Source: an uncultured Spirochaetaceae bacterium (lineage in GTDB: Bacteria > Myxococcota_A > UBA9160 > UBA4427). Taken from it: DNA of 64,000 bases. A program made the translations under genes and the position numbers. The DNA lies in the NCBI GenBank assembly GCA_964515335.1, contig CAZETS010000013.1, positions 11,728-75,727 of the forward strand. The letters run 5' to 3'. Shown here in pieces: positions 54,569-63,935 of this stretch (positions are counted from its first letter, which is position 1; each line of letters starts with the position of its first letter). Under the pieces are notes generated by a model. That model was not told the DNA's origin and ran no database searches. It saw only the letters and a program-made list of their open reading frames with translations.

Positions 54569-55657
54569 ATGGCGCGTGTCGACATCGAGCTTCCGCACCA
54601 CACCTACGCGATCGAGATCGAGCCCGGGCTGCTCGCTCGCCTCGGTGAGCGCGTGCACGGTGTGGCGCCGCACGCGCGCTGTGCGCTGGTGAGCGACGCG
54701 AACGTGCGCGCGCTGTACGGAGAGGCCGCCGAGGCGTCGCTTCTCGCTGCCGGCTACGCGACGACGCGCGCCGACATCGAGCCCGGCGAGGCGCACAAGA
54801 GCCTCGCGACGGTCGAGACTCTCTACCAGACGCTGCTCGGTGACAGCCTCGAGCGCGGCTCGCCGGTGATCGCCCTCGGCGGCGGCGTGGTGGGCGACCT
54901 CGCCGGCTTCGTGGCCGCCACCTACCGGCGCGGGGTGCCGTTCGTGCAGTGTCCGACCACGTTGCTTGCCATGGTCGACTCGAGCGTCGGCGGCAAGACA
55001 GGCTTCAACGTGCCCGAGGGCAAGAACATGATCGGCGCCTTCCATCAGCCGGCGCTCGTCGTGATCGACCCCGAGCTGCTCTCGAGCCTGCCCCTGCGCG
55101 AGCTTCGCTGCGGGCTGGCCGAGTGCATCAAGCACGCCGTCATCCGCGATCCCTCGCTGTTCGACTGGATCGCCGGCAACGCCGCGCGCATCCTCGCCCT
55201 CGAGCCCGACGCGCTCGTCGAGCTGGTGCGCCGCAACGTCGAAATCAAGGCTGCCGTGGTCGTGGAGGACGAGCGCGAACGCGGCGTGCGCGCGCACCTC
55301 AACTTCGGGCACACCTTCGCCCACGCCATCGAGGCGACCGCCGGCTACGGCGAGATCCTGCACGGAGAGGCGGTCGCGCTGGGCATGCTGGCCGCTACGC
55401 GGACCGCCATCGAGGCGGGTCTTTGCGACGCCTCGCTGCTCGACGACCTCACGGCCGTCGTCGAGGCCTTCGGACTCGACACCCGCTGTGGCCTGGCGGA
55501 CAGCGCCGCGCTCGACGCCGCCATGCAGCAGGACAAGAAGGTGGTCGGCGGCCGGGTGCGGCTGGTGGTGCCCGATCGTCTGGGGCACGTCGTGATTCGC
55601 AACGACATCGGGACGGAGTGCGTCCGCGCGGGCTGGGACCAGATCCGCGCCGACTGA
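54569..55657 (+). CDS. aroB: 3-dehydroquinate synthase
   Basis: ATG at 54569. GGGVVGDLAGFVAATYRRGVPFVQCPTTLLAMVDSSVGGKTG and HLNFGHTFAHAIE...HGEAVALGM are canonical AroB blocks. Confidence 0.9.
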   Translation: MARVDIELPHHTYAIEIEPGLLARLGERVHGVAPHARCALVSDANVRALYGEAAEASLLAAGYATTRADIEPGEAHKSLATVETLYQTLLGDSLERGSPVIALGGGVVGDLAGFVAATYRRGVPFVQCPTTLLAMVDSSVGGKTGFNVPEGKNMIGAFHQPALVVIDPELLSSLPLRELRCGLAECIKHAVIRDPSLFDWIAGNAARILALEPDALVELVRRNVEIKAAVVVEDERERGVRAHLNFGHTFAHAIEATAGYGEILHGEAVALGMLAATRTAIEAGLCDASLLDDLTAVVEAFGLDTRCGLADSAALDAAMQQDKKVVGGRVRLVVPDRLGHVVIRNDIGTECVRAGWDQIRAD

Positions 55658-55807
55658 AGGCCGGCGCCCCGTCGGCCCCCACTCGAGACTTCGCGCCCTG
55701 CCAAAAGGCGCAGGCCCCGGGGGAAGGCCGAGCTTCGTGCGTCCTGCTGGGCATCCCGGCCCGCGTAGGTAGCTGCCATAGCTGCACATTCTGCACGCCC
55801 GGCCCGT

Positions 55808-55844
55808 CCCCTGCGGGTCGGGGAAACCCCCGAAGCCGCGGGGG
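55808..55844. other. Nested GC-rich hairpin (CCCCTGCGG-TCGGGG-AAA-CCCCCGA-CCGCGGGGG)
   Basis: Read directly, about 150 nt downstream of aroB. There is no T-tract. Confidence 0.3.
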
Positions 55845-55941
55845 ACACCTACTCGCTGGGCTAAGCTCGCCGCACCCACGAGCCGATCCCGGTGCCTGGC
55901 GCCCGTGCCGCCGGGGCAACGATTGGGGGAAGATCCGCATC

Positions 55942-56826
55942 GTGTCGAATCTCGTGTCGAGCTGTGTCCAGGATCACCATCGCAGTGGGTCGCGCCGCGT
56001 CTGCGGCCGGAGGCTTGCGCGGCGCGCGGTCGCCCTGCTGACCGCGGCGCTGTCGCTCGCGGCGCTGTCCGGCACGGTCGCGTTCGCGCGCAGCGACGAG
56101 GCCCTCGAGCTGCACCCCGAGTTCGACCAGGGCCTGCTCGGCGAGGGGCGGCTCGCCTATCGCGAGCGCGCCGATCGGGAGCGGGCCCTCGACGCCTACC
56201 GGATCTTCAAGCAGAGCTTCGAGCAGAATCCGGGCGATGCCGTGGCGGGCTGGCACCTGTCGATGGCCTGCTATTGGCTCGGGATGCGCGTCTACACCGA
56301 TTCGGACGCGAAGAAGGCGATCCACGACGAGGGGCGCCGTGTGGCCGATCGAGCGCTGGCCCTCGACCCGGATTGCGGGCCGTGTCACCTGCTCAGCGCG
56401 ATCAATCACGCCCTCTGGGCCGATCAGGTCGGCATCTTCCGAACCCTCGTGGGCCTGCCCAAGGTGAAGCGCCACCTGGCCCGGGCCGCCGAGCTCGACC
56501 CGGGCTTCGCGGGGGCGGCCGCCTACCGGGTCGAGGCGACCATCCTGGATCGGCTGCCACGCATGTTCGGCGGCGGCAAGAAGAAGGCGCGCCGCGCAAT
56601 CGAGCAGGCGATCGCGGTCGCGCCCGAAGAGCCGCTCAACTACGAGTTCCTCGCCAACATGCTCGTCAACCGCTTCGACGACGTGCCGCTCGCGGTGACG
56701 GTGGCGCGCCGCGGCCTGGCGGTGCCCGAGCCGGGTCCGGCCTACGTGGAGTCGCGCGACTCGATCCACTACCTGCGCAACTTCATCGACTTCCACTCGA
56801 CGCTGCTCGGCGCCAACAGGCGCTAG
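55942..56826 (+). CDS. Secreted helical-repeat (TPR-like, possibly TatT-component-like) protein
   Basis: GTG at 55942; the start is uncertain. It has a signal-like segment (AVALLTAALSLAALSGTVAFA), then helical repeats and an LPRMFGGGKKKARRAIEQAI block. Confidence 0.55.
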   Translation: MSNLVSSCVQDHHRSGSRRVCGRRLARRAVALLTAALSLAALSGTVAFARSDEALELHPEFDQGLLGEGRLAYRERADRERALDAYRIFKQSFEQNPGDAVAGWHLSMACYWLGMRVYTDSDAKKAIHDEGRRVADRALALDPDCGPCHLLSAINHALWADQVGIFRTLVGLPKVKRHLARAAELDPGFAGAAAYRVEATILDRLPRMFGGGKKKARRAIEQAIAVAPEEPLNYEFLANMLVNRFDDVPLAVTVARRGLAVPEPGPAYVESRDSIHYLRNFIDFHSTLLGANRR

Positions 56827-56885
56827 CGCCCCTCCCAGCGACGCCTCAACTCGATCCCAGAAGCTTCTCGAGGTGATCTGCTGCC

Positions 56886-58406
56886 ATGACCGGCGCTAGC
56901 GGCGAACGGTCGTCGAGGCTTCGGCAGGACGCCCGCAGCGCGGTCCCCTACGCGGCGCTCTCGGGCGCGTTGCAGATCCTCCTCTCGCTGATCGGCATGC
57001 TGCTGCTGGTCCGCTATCTGCGCCCCGACGACTACGGGGTGTGGATGGTGCTGATCGGTTTCGGCGCGCCGATCGCGGTCTTCAGCTCACTGGGCTTCCG
57101 TCACTCCATGCTGCGCTTCCTGCCGGCCCTCGAGAGCCACGAGGCCAGGAGGCGGTTCATCTGGGGCGTCCTCTTTCGCCGCCTCTTCTGGGTGTTGCTG
57201 GTGTGCGTGGTGCTGAACGCCGCTTTTCCTCTCTACGCCTCCCGCTTCGGCCTGGAAGGGCAGGCGCACGTGCTTCTGCTCCTCTCCCCCAGCTTCCTGT
57301 TCGTTGCAGGCAATCAGTATCTCGTCGTGGCGCTCAACGCGGTGTTTCGGCAGCGGGAGGTCTTCGTCGGAAGTCTGCTGCTGCAGACCGTCAGCGTCGG
57401 CGGTGTCGCGCTCGGCATCTATCTGGAGCAGGGGCTGCTCTACTTTGCGGCTGCGCTGTTGGCCGCCAATTCCGTGCACCTCGTCTTCAATCTCGTGGCC
57501 TCCGCCCGCTATCTCGGAGCGCCGCAGTGGGTGGACGTGAAGGGCAGTCACGTCGAGGGCCGGGAGGAGCAGCGCTATCGAAGGACGTCCTTCGTGGACG
57601 ACATCGGCACCAGCCTGCTCTCGGCCGACATCAACCGCTTCATCCTGGCGGCTTTCTCCTCGAGCTCGCAGGTGGCCGTCTACGCGGTGGCTACCAGCAT
57701 CGTCGAGAGGTTGCGGGGCCTCATGCCGCTCGAGGTCTTCCGCCCGCTGGCCACGGTGACGTTCTTCAAGAGGTACGAAGAGTCCGGTACGATCGACGAG
57801 GTCAACCGGATGTTCGGCTTCATTTTCGCCGTCAATCGAATCGTCACCACCGCCTTTCTCGTTCTCTTCATTCCGCTGGGCTACGAGGCGATGGTCTGGG
57901 TCTTTCGGGAAGACTACGGGGCCTCCTACCTGCCCGTCGTCCTGCTGCTCGTCGCGATGGGTGTGCTGAGCATGCCCATCGGGCTGGTCGCCCAGGCTCT
58001 GCGGCGACCCCAGTGGCTCGTGTACTCGAAGCTCGCGGTCTTGATCAACGTCGGCCTCGGCATTCCCCTCGTGATGCGTTACGGGGCCGTGGGAATGGCT
58101 TCGGCGACGGCGGTCAGCGAGCTCGTGAAGAACCTGATCGTCTACTTCCTGCTTCGCAGGGAGTTCGCGCTCCGCTATCCGTGGGCGAGCACGTTTCGCT
58201 TCCTGGTGTCGGGAGCGCTGGTGGCGGCGGCTCTGTGGTGGCTGCAGGGCCGGATCCACTTCCTGATCGTCGGGGTGGTCGGCGCGCTCGGCTGGCTGAT
58301 TGCCCTGCGAGCCTTCCGGGTGCTCGACAGCGACGAGAGGGCCCTGCTCTTCAACATCGTTCCCGACCGCTTCCAGAGAGTCGCAGGACTCCTGCTCGGG
58401 AGGTGA
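56886..58406 (+). CDS. Polysaccharide/oligosaccharide flippase (Wzx / MOP superfamily)
   Basis: 506 aa with roughly 12-14 hydrophobic segments and an N-terminal pattern typical of polysaccharide biosynthesis (Wzx) proteins. Confidence 0.8.
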   Translation: MTGASGERSSRLRQDARSAVPYAALSGALQILLSLIGMLLLVRYLRPDDYGVWMVLIGFGAPIAVFSSLGFRHSMLRFLPALESHEARRRFIWGVLFRRLFWVLLVCVVLNAAFPLYASRFGLEGQAHVLLLLSPSFLFVAGNQYLVVALNAVFRQREVFVGSLLLQTVSVGGVALGIYLEQGLLYFAAALLAANSVHLVFNLVASARYLGAPQWVDVKGSHVEGREEQRYRRTSFVDDIGTSLLSADINRFILAAFSSSSQVAVYAVATSIVERLRGLMPLEVFRPLATVTFFKRYEESGTIDEVNRMFGFIFAVNRIVTTAFLVLFIPLGYEAMVWVFREDYGASYLPVVLLLVAMGVLSMPIGLVAQALRRPQWLVYSKLAVLINVGLGIPLVMRYGAVGMASATAVSELVKNLIVYFLLRREFALRYPWASTFRFLVSGALVAAALWWLQGRIHFLIVGVVGALGWLIALRAFRVLDSDERALLFNIVPDRFQRVAGLLLGR

Positions 58407-58488
58407 CTCGGGGGTGGGGCGGCTCTCCGGCGGGACGGCTCTTTAGCGGGGAGGAGAGCGGAGAGAAGTCACACGCTCAGCTCCCGGA

Positions 58489-59157
58489 TCATTCGAGTGG
58501 TCTCGCCGGATTGCCGACGACGGTGGTGTTGGCGGGCACGTCCCGGGTGACCACCGCGCCCATTCCGACCACGGCCCCCTCGCCGATCACGATCGGCTTG
58601 TCGGGGCGGCCCTGACGGATGACTGCACCGGTCCCGATGTAGGCGTGGTCGCCGATCACGGTATTGCCGTTGCAGCATACCCTGGGCGCGAAGGTGACGA
58701 AGTCGCCCACCACGCAGTCGTGTGCGACGTAGGAGAAAATGTTGCAGTGGAAGTACCGGCCGATCTTCGAGTTGCTCGTCACGATGGCGTTGGAGCAGAT
58801 GACCGCCGACGGATGAATGTCGTTTCCGTCCATCACCTCGGCGCTGTTCGCGACGATCGACATCGCCGCCGCCTTCGTCTCCGCCTGCAGGGCGATCTCC
58901 TCTCGCAGCCTCGAATCGGTGATCGCGATGTTGAAGTGCTTCCGTCCCTCCAGCGCGAAGAACGCGTCCTCCGAGATGCAGGGGACGCCGTTCACCACCT
59001 CCTGGTCCGGCGAGACGTCGATGAAGTAGACCTCGTAGTCGGCGCCGCCCGGAGAGCCGGAGCGCTCTCTCTCGAGGTGCTGCTTGACGGCGGCCATCAC
59101 CTCGCGGGCGAATCCGCCGGATCCGAAGAGGCCGAAGATCGTCTTGTCCTGCTTCAT
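58489..59157 (-). CDS. NeuD/PglD-type sugar N/O-acetyltransferase (left-handed beta-helix)
   Basis: N-terminal Rossmann-like FGLFGSGGFAREV, then hexapeptide repeats (IGDHAYIGTGAVI...IGEGAVVGMGAVV). Confidence 0.85.
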   Translation of the reverse strand: MKQDKTIFGLFGSGGFAREVMAAVKQHLERERSGSPGGADYEVYFIDVSPDQEVVNGVPCISEDAFFALEGRKHFNIAITDSRLREEIALQAETKAAAMSIVANSAEVMDGNDIHPSAVICSNAIVTSNSKIGRYFHCNIFSYVAHDCVVGDFVTFAPRVCCNGNTVIGDHAYIGTGAVIRQGRPDKPIVIGEGAVVGMGAVVTRDVPANTTVVGNPARPLE

Positions 59158-59201
59158 CGTTCACCTTCTCGATGCCGGTGGCGGCTGCGAAGACCGTGCG
59201 G

Positions 59202-61088
59202 TCACTGGCCCTGGTCCGGGGCGTCGATGTAGAGCTGGTTCCACAGCTCGAGGGCGAGCAGGCAATTCAGCGGGTGGAAGAGCGCGCTTTCCCCGCCCTT
59301 GTATCGGTCGACGATCTGCTTCAGTGAAGTCGAATCGAGATCGCCGCGGTCGAGGCAGCGGGGCGCCAGCAGCACGTCGTCGAAGACGTTCGTGGGTGTT
59401 CGCTTCGTGATGGCGTGCTCGGGCACGTCGGCCTCGAAGAATCCGAGCCGGCGCAGGATCCCGTAGGGGCGCGAGACGAGAAGTCTCTCGAGTCGGCCGG
59501 CATCGAGCCGCACGCGTGTGTCGGAGATCGGGATCTGCAGCAGGGCCGGGTTGTGGCTCTGGATGATGTGCCGGTGGATGCGGTGGTCGAGGCGCAGCTC
59601 GAGCGGCGCGCGCAGCACGGCTCGGACGAAGTCTTCGGCGATGAACGGGTACTCGATCTCGGAGAAGTTGCCGTGGATGCGATTGCTCAGCACGGCGTGC
59701 TTTCTGAAGAACTCCCTGAGGAAGAAGTAGGAGAGCTGCTGATCGAGGGGAAGCGACGAGCTGACCTTCTGGAACTCTCGCTCGAACGATGCGCGCAGTA
59801 CGTCGTGGTGGATCGACGCCAGCTTGCCGGTGAAGAGCTTGCTGCGATCCACCGGATCCCAGCTGTGATCGCTCATCTTGTCGAAGACGATGTTCTCGAA
59901 CTCGGCAGGGCTTGCCGCCATGTCCCGCTCGACGCTCAGGGAGAACCCGTACGCGCGATCGAGCTTCGCGAACTCACCGCCGTGGCCCGTGAGCACGACG
60001 TTCAGGCCGAAGGTGTGGAACTGCTCGGCCATGTAGACCGTCATCGGGTGGTAGGACGATCCCCGCATGCCGTCGGTCAGCGCGACGGCGTCTCGGGTCA
60101 ACCTGACGTAGTTGGCCGGCTGGAGGATCGTCGGGTCCATCTCGTCGTAGATGGATTCGCAGCTCGCGGCCCTCGCGATTCGCCGGGTGATCTTCTCGTC
60201 GACGCTCCCGCGCAGGCCCGAGGTGAAGGCGTTGATGCGCAGCTCGTCGGGCCGGATGACCGACATGATGGCCCGCGAGTCCATGCCGCCGGAGAGAGAG
60301 ACGGTGTTCTGGCGGCTCTCGTCGCACACGCGCCGGACGGCTGTCGAGAACAGCTCTGCGATCTCGTCGAGGACGGTCGCCGGGGGTCGTGTGTCGACGT
60401 CGGCGCCGAACCACTGATCGAGGGAGGCGTCTTCGCGAACCTCGACCTCTCCACTCCGCAGGTCGTAGAAGAGGCTGGCCCCCGGAGCGAGCAGCGACAC
60501 GTCTTCGATGAGTGTCTTGTCGCCGAGCACGTAGCGGTACTCGAGCAGGTCGGCCATCGCTTCGCGGTTCATGCGGCGTGGCAGCGCCGAGTCCTGCAGG
60601 ATGGCGGAGACGGTGCTGCCGAAGAGCAGGCGCTTGCCTCGGATCGCGTAGTAGATGGGCTTCTGGCCGATCGTGTCGTTGCCGATCAGGACGCTCCGCC
60701 GCTTCGGGTCGACGACGACGGTCGAGAAGCTCCCGCGAAGCCCGGACTGCAGGCGGCCGTCGTTCTTCTCGTAGATCCGCAGCAGCAGCTCGGCGTCGCC
60801 GAGCTCGCCGCCCGCAGGATCGTTCGCCAGCTCGCGGCGCTCGTGCGCTTCGAGATGCAGGCGGCCCGACACGAAGGCGAAGGCTTCACTGCCCGCAGTG
60901 CGGGCCGGCTGCCGAAACGCCGAGGCGAAGCCGAGATGGACCCGGCCGACGGCCCACTGGCCGTTCGGATCGCTGCAGCGTTCGACCCCGTGCCAGTCCT
61001 GGGATCGGAGGGCCGCGAGCATCCGCTCGAGCAGGGCGTCTCCGTCACCTACGCCCGTTACGTCGACGACTCCAGCGAGACCCGGCAA
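59202..61088 (-). CDS. Asparagine synthetase B-family amidotransferase-like protein lacking the N-terminal catalytic Cys
   Basis: A PP-loop LSGGMDSRAI is present in the synthetase domain. The N-terminus is MPGLAGVV instead of MCGI. No in-frame start lies further upstream in the track. Confidence 0.85.
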   Translation of the reverse strand: MPGLAGVVDVTGVGDGDALLERMLAALRSQDWHGVERCSDPNGQWAVGRVHLGFASAFRQPARTAGSEAFAFVSGRLHLEAHERRELANDPAGGELGDAELLLRIYEKNDGRLQSGLRGSFSTVVVDPKRRSVLIGNDTIGQKPIYYAIRGKRLLFGSTVSAILQDSALPRRMNREAMADLLEYRYVLGDKTLIEDVSLLAPGASLFYDLRSGEVEVREDASLDQWFGADVDTRPPATVLDEIAELFSTAVRRVCDESRQNTVSLSGGMDSRAIMSVIRPDELRINAFTSGLRGSVDEKITRRIARAASCESIYDEMDPTILQPANYVRLTRDAVALTDGMRGSSYHPMTVYMAEQFHTFGLNVVLTGHGGEFAKLDRAYGFSLSVERDMAASPAEFENIVFDKMSDHSWDPVDRSKLFTGKLASIHHDVLRASFEREFQKVSSSLPLDQQLSYFFLREFFRKHAVLSNRIHGNFSEIEYPFIAEDFVRAVLRAPLELRLDHRIHRHIIQSHNPALLQIPISDTRVRLDAGRLERLLVSRPYGILRRLGFFEADVPEHAITKRTPTNVFDDVLLAPRCLDRGDLDSTSLKQIVDRYKGGESALFHPLNCLLALELWNQLYIDAPDQGQ

Positions 61089-61242
61089 CTCGATTCCTCC
61101 GGCGTATTCGGCCCATTGGGCCCATTCGGCCCGGCGCGAGGAGCGCGGGGGGACGCCGGTGCTCGGGTGGCGCTCAATGTGGCACTTTGTTCATGGATTG
61201 GCAACGACAGCGCGGGTCTCTGCTCGTCGCCGATTGGCGTCT

Positions 61243-62541
61243 TCAAGCGCGAGGCGGGTGTTCGGGTGAACGCGCCGCGGCCTGGAAGATCCCGACCAGC
61301 TCGTCCGCGTAGCGGTCCACCGAGAGGTGCTCGATGTTCGTCCTGGCGTTGCGACCCATGTCGCCGATCTCGGAGCGGTGCTCGGCGAACCACCGGAGGA
61401 TCTCGACGAGGCGATCGACGTCGTTGAAGCGGTAGGTGAAGCCGTCCTCTCCCTCGGTGATCAGAGAGGCGAATCCGCAGTTGGTCGAGGAGACGACCGG
61501 CATGCCGGCGGCCATGGATTCGGCGATCGTCCCCGGCCCGTTGTCCGAGATGGAAGGCGAGACGAAGACGTCCGCCCGGGCCAGGTATGGAAGCAGATCG
61601 GGCACGTATCCCGACATTTCGAGGTCCGGCAGCTTCGAGTATCTCTGGCGAATCAGACTGTCGAGGTTCTCGTCCCGCTGGCCGACCAGCAGCAGGCGGC
61701 TGCCCCTGCTCTCGGGCTCCTGCTTGAATCTCTCCCAGGCCTCCAGCAGGTAGGGGATGCCTTTGATGAGGTTCATGTGGGAGACGTGGAGAAAGGTCGG
61801 GCCCTCGCTCTCCCCGGCCGCCTCTGTGTCGGCGGCCGGCGCTTTGGCGAAGCCTGCCGGGTCGACGCCGAAGAAGTGCTCGAGGGGAACCACCTTGTCG
61901 GGCCCGAGGAACTCCAGATAGCTGTCGTACGCGTACTTTCCGATGTCCGGGTGCATGGTGACGAGCTTGTCGGCGGCGGCGATGGTTCGCGCGAGACGGA
62001 CGGCCCGAGTCGCGTCGGAGTAGGCCCCGCGGCTGGGCAGGCCGAGTCGCAGCTCCTCGTTTCGAACCAGGGCGTAGTTGGCGAGCGGGTGGGGGATGGA
62101 GGCCTGCACCCAGACCTGCATGCCTGCCCGCTGCGCTCTCTGGATCGAGTTGAGGAAGAGCGGCCTGGAATAGAAGAGCAGCTCTCCCGCCCGCATGTCG
62201 GCCTTGCGGCAGACGAAGAGGTCGAAGAGCAGCTCCTCCGCGAGCCGGGCGTTGAAGAAGGGAAGCAGGCGCGACGCCCAGGCGATGATGCGGTGCAGGA
62301 CCTTGAACGAGAAGCTCTCGTCCAGCGTGTGGGTGAGGTGCGAGGGGATGTCGACTCCGGCTTCCTTCTGGAGGCAGACCATGGCGCGGAGCAGGCCCGC
62401 CTCGTGGAGCCGCCGGGCCAGGCGGTATCCCATGAAGCCGAAGCCGCGGGTGTGGTCGGTCGAGAGCCGCTCGAAGAGGACGAGGACGACCCCCGGTGCC
62501 CGGCCCGACGGGCCGCCCGGCTCGCTCGGACGTTCAGTCAA
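61243..62541 (-). CDS. Family 4 (GT-B) glycosyltransferase
   Basis: The C-terminal half has a FVSPSISDNGPGTIAESMAAGMPVVSS..GFASLITEGEDGF (EX7E-like) pattern. TTG start at 62541; the start is uncertain. Confidence 0.8.
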   Translation of the reverse strand: MTERPSEPGGPSGRAPGVVLVLFERLSTDHTRGFGFMGYRLARRLHEAGLLRAMVCLQKEAGVDIPSHLTHTLDESFSFKVLHRIIAWASRLLPFFNARLAEELLFDLFVCRKADMRAGELLFYSRPLFLNSIQRAQRAGMQVWVQASIPHPLANYALVRNEELRLGLPSRGAYSDATRAVRLARTIAAADKLVTMHPDIGKYAYDSYLEFLGPDKVVPLEHFFGVDPAGFAKAPAADTEAAGESEGPTFLHVSHMNLIKGIPYLLEAWERFKQEPESRGSRLLLVGQRDENLDSLIRQRYSKLPDLEMSGYVPDLLPYLARADVFVSPSISDNGPGTIAESMAAGMPVVSSTNCGFASLITEGEDGFTYRFNDVDRLVEILRWFAEHRSEIGDMGRNARTNIEHLSVDRYADELVGIFQAAARSPEHPPRA

Positions 62542-62544
62542 CGC

Positions 62545-63723
62545 TCAGCTCTCCCGGCGCGCCGCTAGCCCGCCGCTCTCGGCCGCGCTCGTGACCTCGT
62601 CGATGACTCGGGATTGCTGGTCGTCGGTCAGCCCGACGCTGGAGGGCAGGTTCAGGCCGCGCTCCCACAGCCACATCGAGTTGGACAGGTCGGTGGCGTC
62701 GCAGCCGGTGTACATCGGCATGGTGTGGATCGGCTTCCAGAAGGGCCGGGCGTCGATGCGGGCGCCGTTCAATCGGTTCATCAGCTCGCGCGAGTGGAGC
62801 CCGAAGTCGGCTTCTTCGATCAGGATGCTGTAGAGCCAGAAGCAGTTCCGGCAGCTCTCCAGTTCGGGATTGGGCGTCAGCCCCGGGAGCGAGCCGATCT
62901 CCTCCGCGTACCGCCTCGCGATCTCGCGCTTCCGGTCGATGAACTCCTCGAGGTGACGGAGCTGGGCCACTCCGACCGCGGCGAGGATGTTGGTGAGGCG
63001 ATAGTTGTAGCCGATCTCGTGGTGGTCGTAGTTCTTGGGGTCGTCCTTGGCCTGGGTCGAGTAGTAGAGCGCTTTTTCGGCGAAGTCGGCGCGCTCGGTC
63101 GCCAGCATCCCGCCGCCGCCCGTCGTGATCATCTTGTTGCCGTTGAACGAGAAGCAGCCGATGTCGCCGAACGTGCCCGTGAGCCGGCCGTTGTAGCGGG
63201 TGCCCAGCGCTTCGGTCGCGTCCTCGATGATCGCAATGTCGTAGCGCCGGCAGGCCTCGACGATGGGGTCGATCTCGGCGGCGTGACCGTAGAGATGGAC
63301 GACGATGATCGCCTTGGGCAGGGCGTTGCGGGCGGCGAGCTCTTCGATCTTCGCCACGGCCTTCTCGGGATCCATGTTGAAAGTTCGTCGCTCGCTGTCG
63401 ACGAAGATCGGTCTGGCGCCGCAGTAGGCGATGGGATTGACCGAGGCGATGAAGGTCAGGCTGCTCACCATCACGCTGTCCCCCGGCTTCACACCGGCGA
63501 CGAGCAGCGCGAGGTGCAGGGCCGCGGTGCCGGAGGAGAGTGCGACCGCGTGCCCGACGCCCAGGTAGCTGGCGAACTCACTGGCGAAGGCGTCGATCTG
63601 GGGGCCCGCCGAGGAGACCCAGTTGGTCTCGAAGCACTGCTGCACCTCGCGGGCTTCGTCGCCGGTCATGTGGGGAATGGAGAGCGGAATGAATTCGACT
63701 TCCCCAGCCTGCTCGTTCGACAC
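62545..63723 (-). CDS. DegT/DnrJ/EryC1/StrS-family PLP-dependent sugar aminotransferase
   Basis: GTG start. SSGTAALHLAL and FSFNGNKMITTGGGG (PLP lysine region) are present. Confidence 0.9.
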   Translation of the reverse strand: MSNEQAGEVEFIPLSIPHMTGDEAREVQQCFETNWVSSAGPQIDAFASEFASYLGVGHAVALSSGTAALHLALLVAGVKPGDSVMVSSLTFIASVNPIAYCGARPIFVDSERRTFNMDPEKAVAKIEELAARNALPKAIIVVHLYGHAAEIDPIVEACRRYDIAIIEDATEALGTRYNGRLTGTFGDIGCFSFNGNKMITTGGGGMLATERADFAEKALYYSTQAKDDPKNYDHHEIGYNYRLTNILAAVGVAQLRHLEEFIDRKREIARRYAEEIGSLPGLTPNPELESCRNCFWLYSILIEEADFGLHSRELMNRLNGARIDARPFWKPIHTMPMYTGCDATDLSNSMWLWERGLNLPSSVGLTDDQQSRVIDEVTSAAESGGLAARRES

Positions 63724-63935
63724 CCGACCCCCCCGTCTTCCAGTCGTCCGGGCGGGAGGATACGCGAGGTTCGGGCCCTCGGGTCGGACGTCCCGGGCAG
63801 AAGATCCCGGGGGAGCGCCGGGGCCGCCCGCTGCCGGGTGTATCGATCTCGCGTCTTCGGCCCGCTAAGTTCGCCCGCTGTGCCGACGGGAGCTCGCCCT
63901 CCACCCCGATTCGCGCCATTGCGGGGAGCCCAGCG

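Noticed and set aside
55658-55941. Possible sigma-54 element TGGCGCCCGTGCCGC and short CTGCAC repeats after aroB
   Set aside because: The spacing is right, but both boxes deviate from consensus (TGGCGC and CCGC) and no enhancer-like palindrome accompanies it. In sequence this GC-rich, such a match is expected by chance.
61089-61242. TGGCAC string and GGCCCATT direct repeat in the GT4 / AsnB-like intergenic region
   Set aside because: The TGGCAC lies on the strand antisense to both flanking genes and has no GC dinucleotide at the -12 position. The short repeat (GGCCCATT twice) is too small to interpret.
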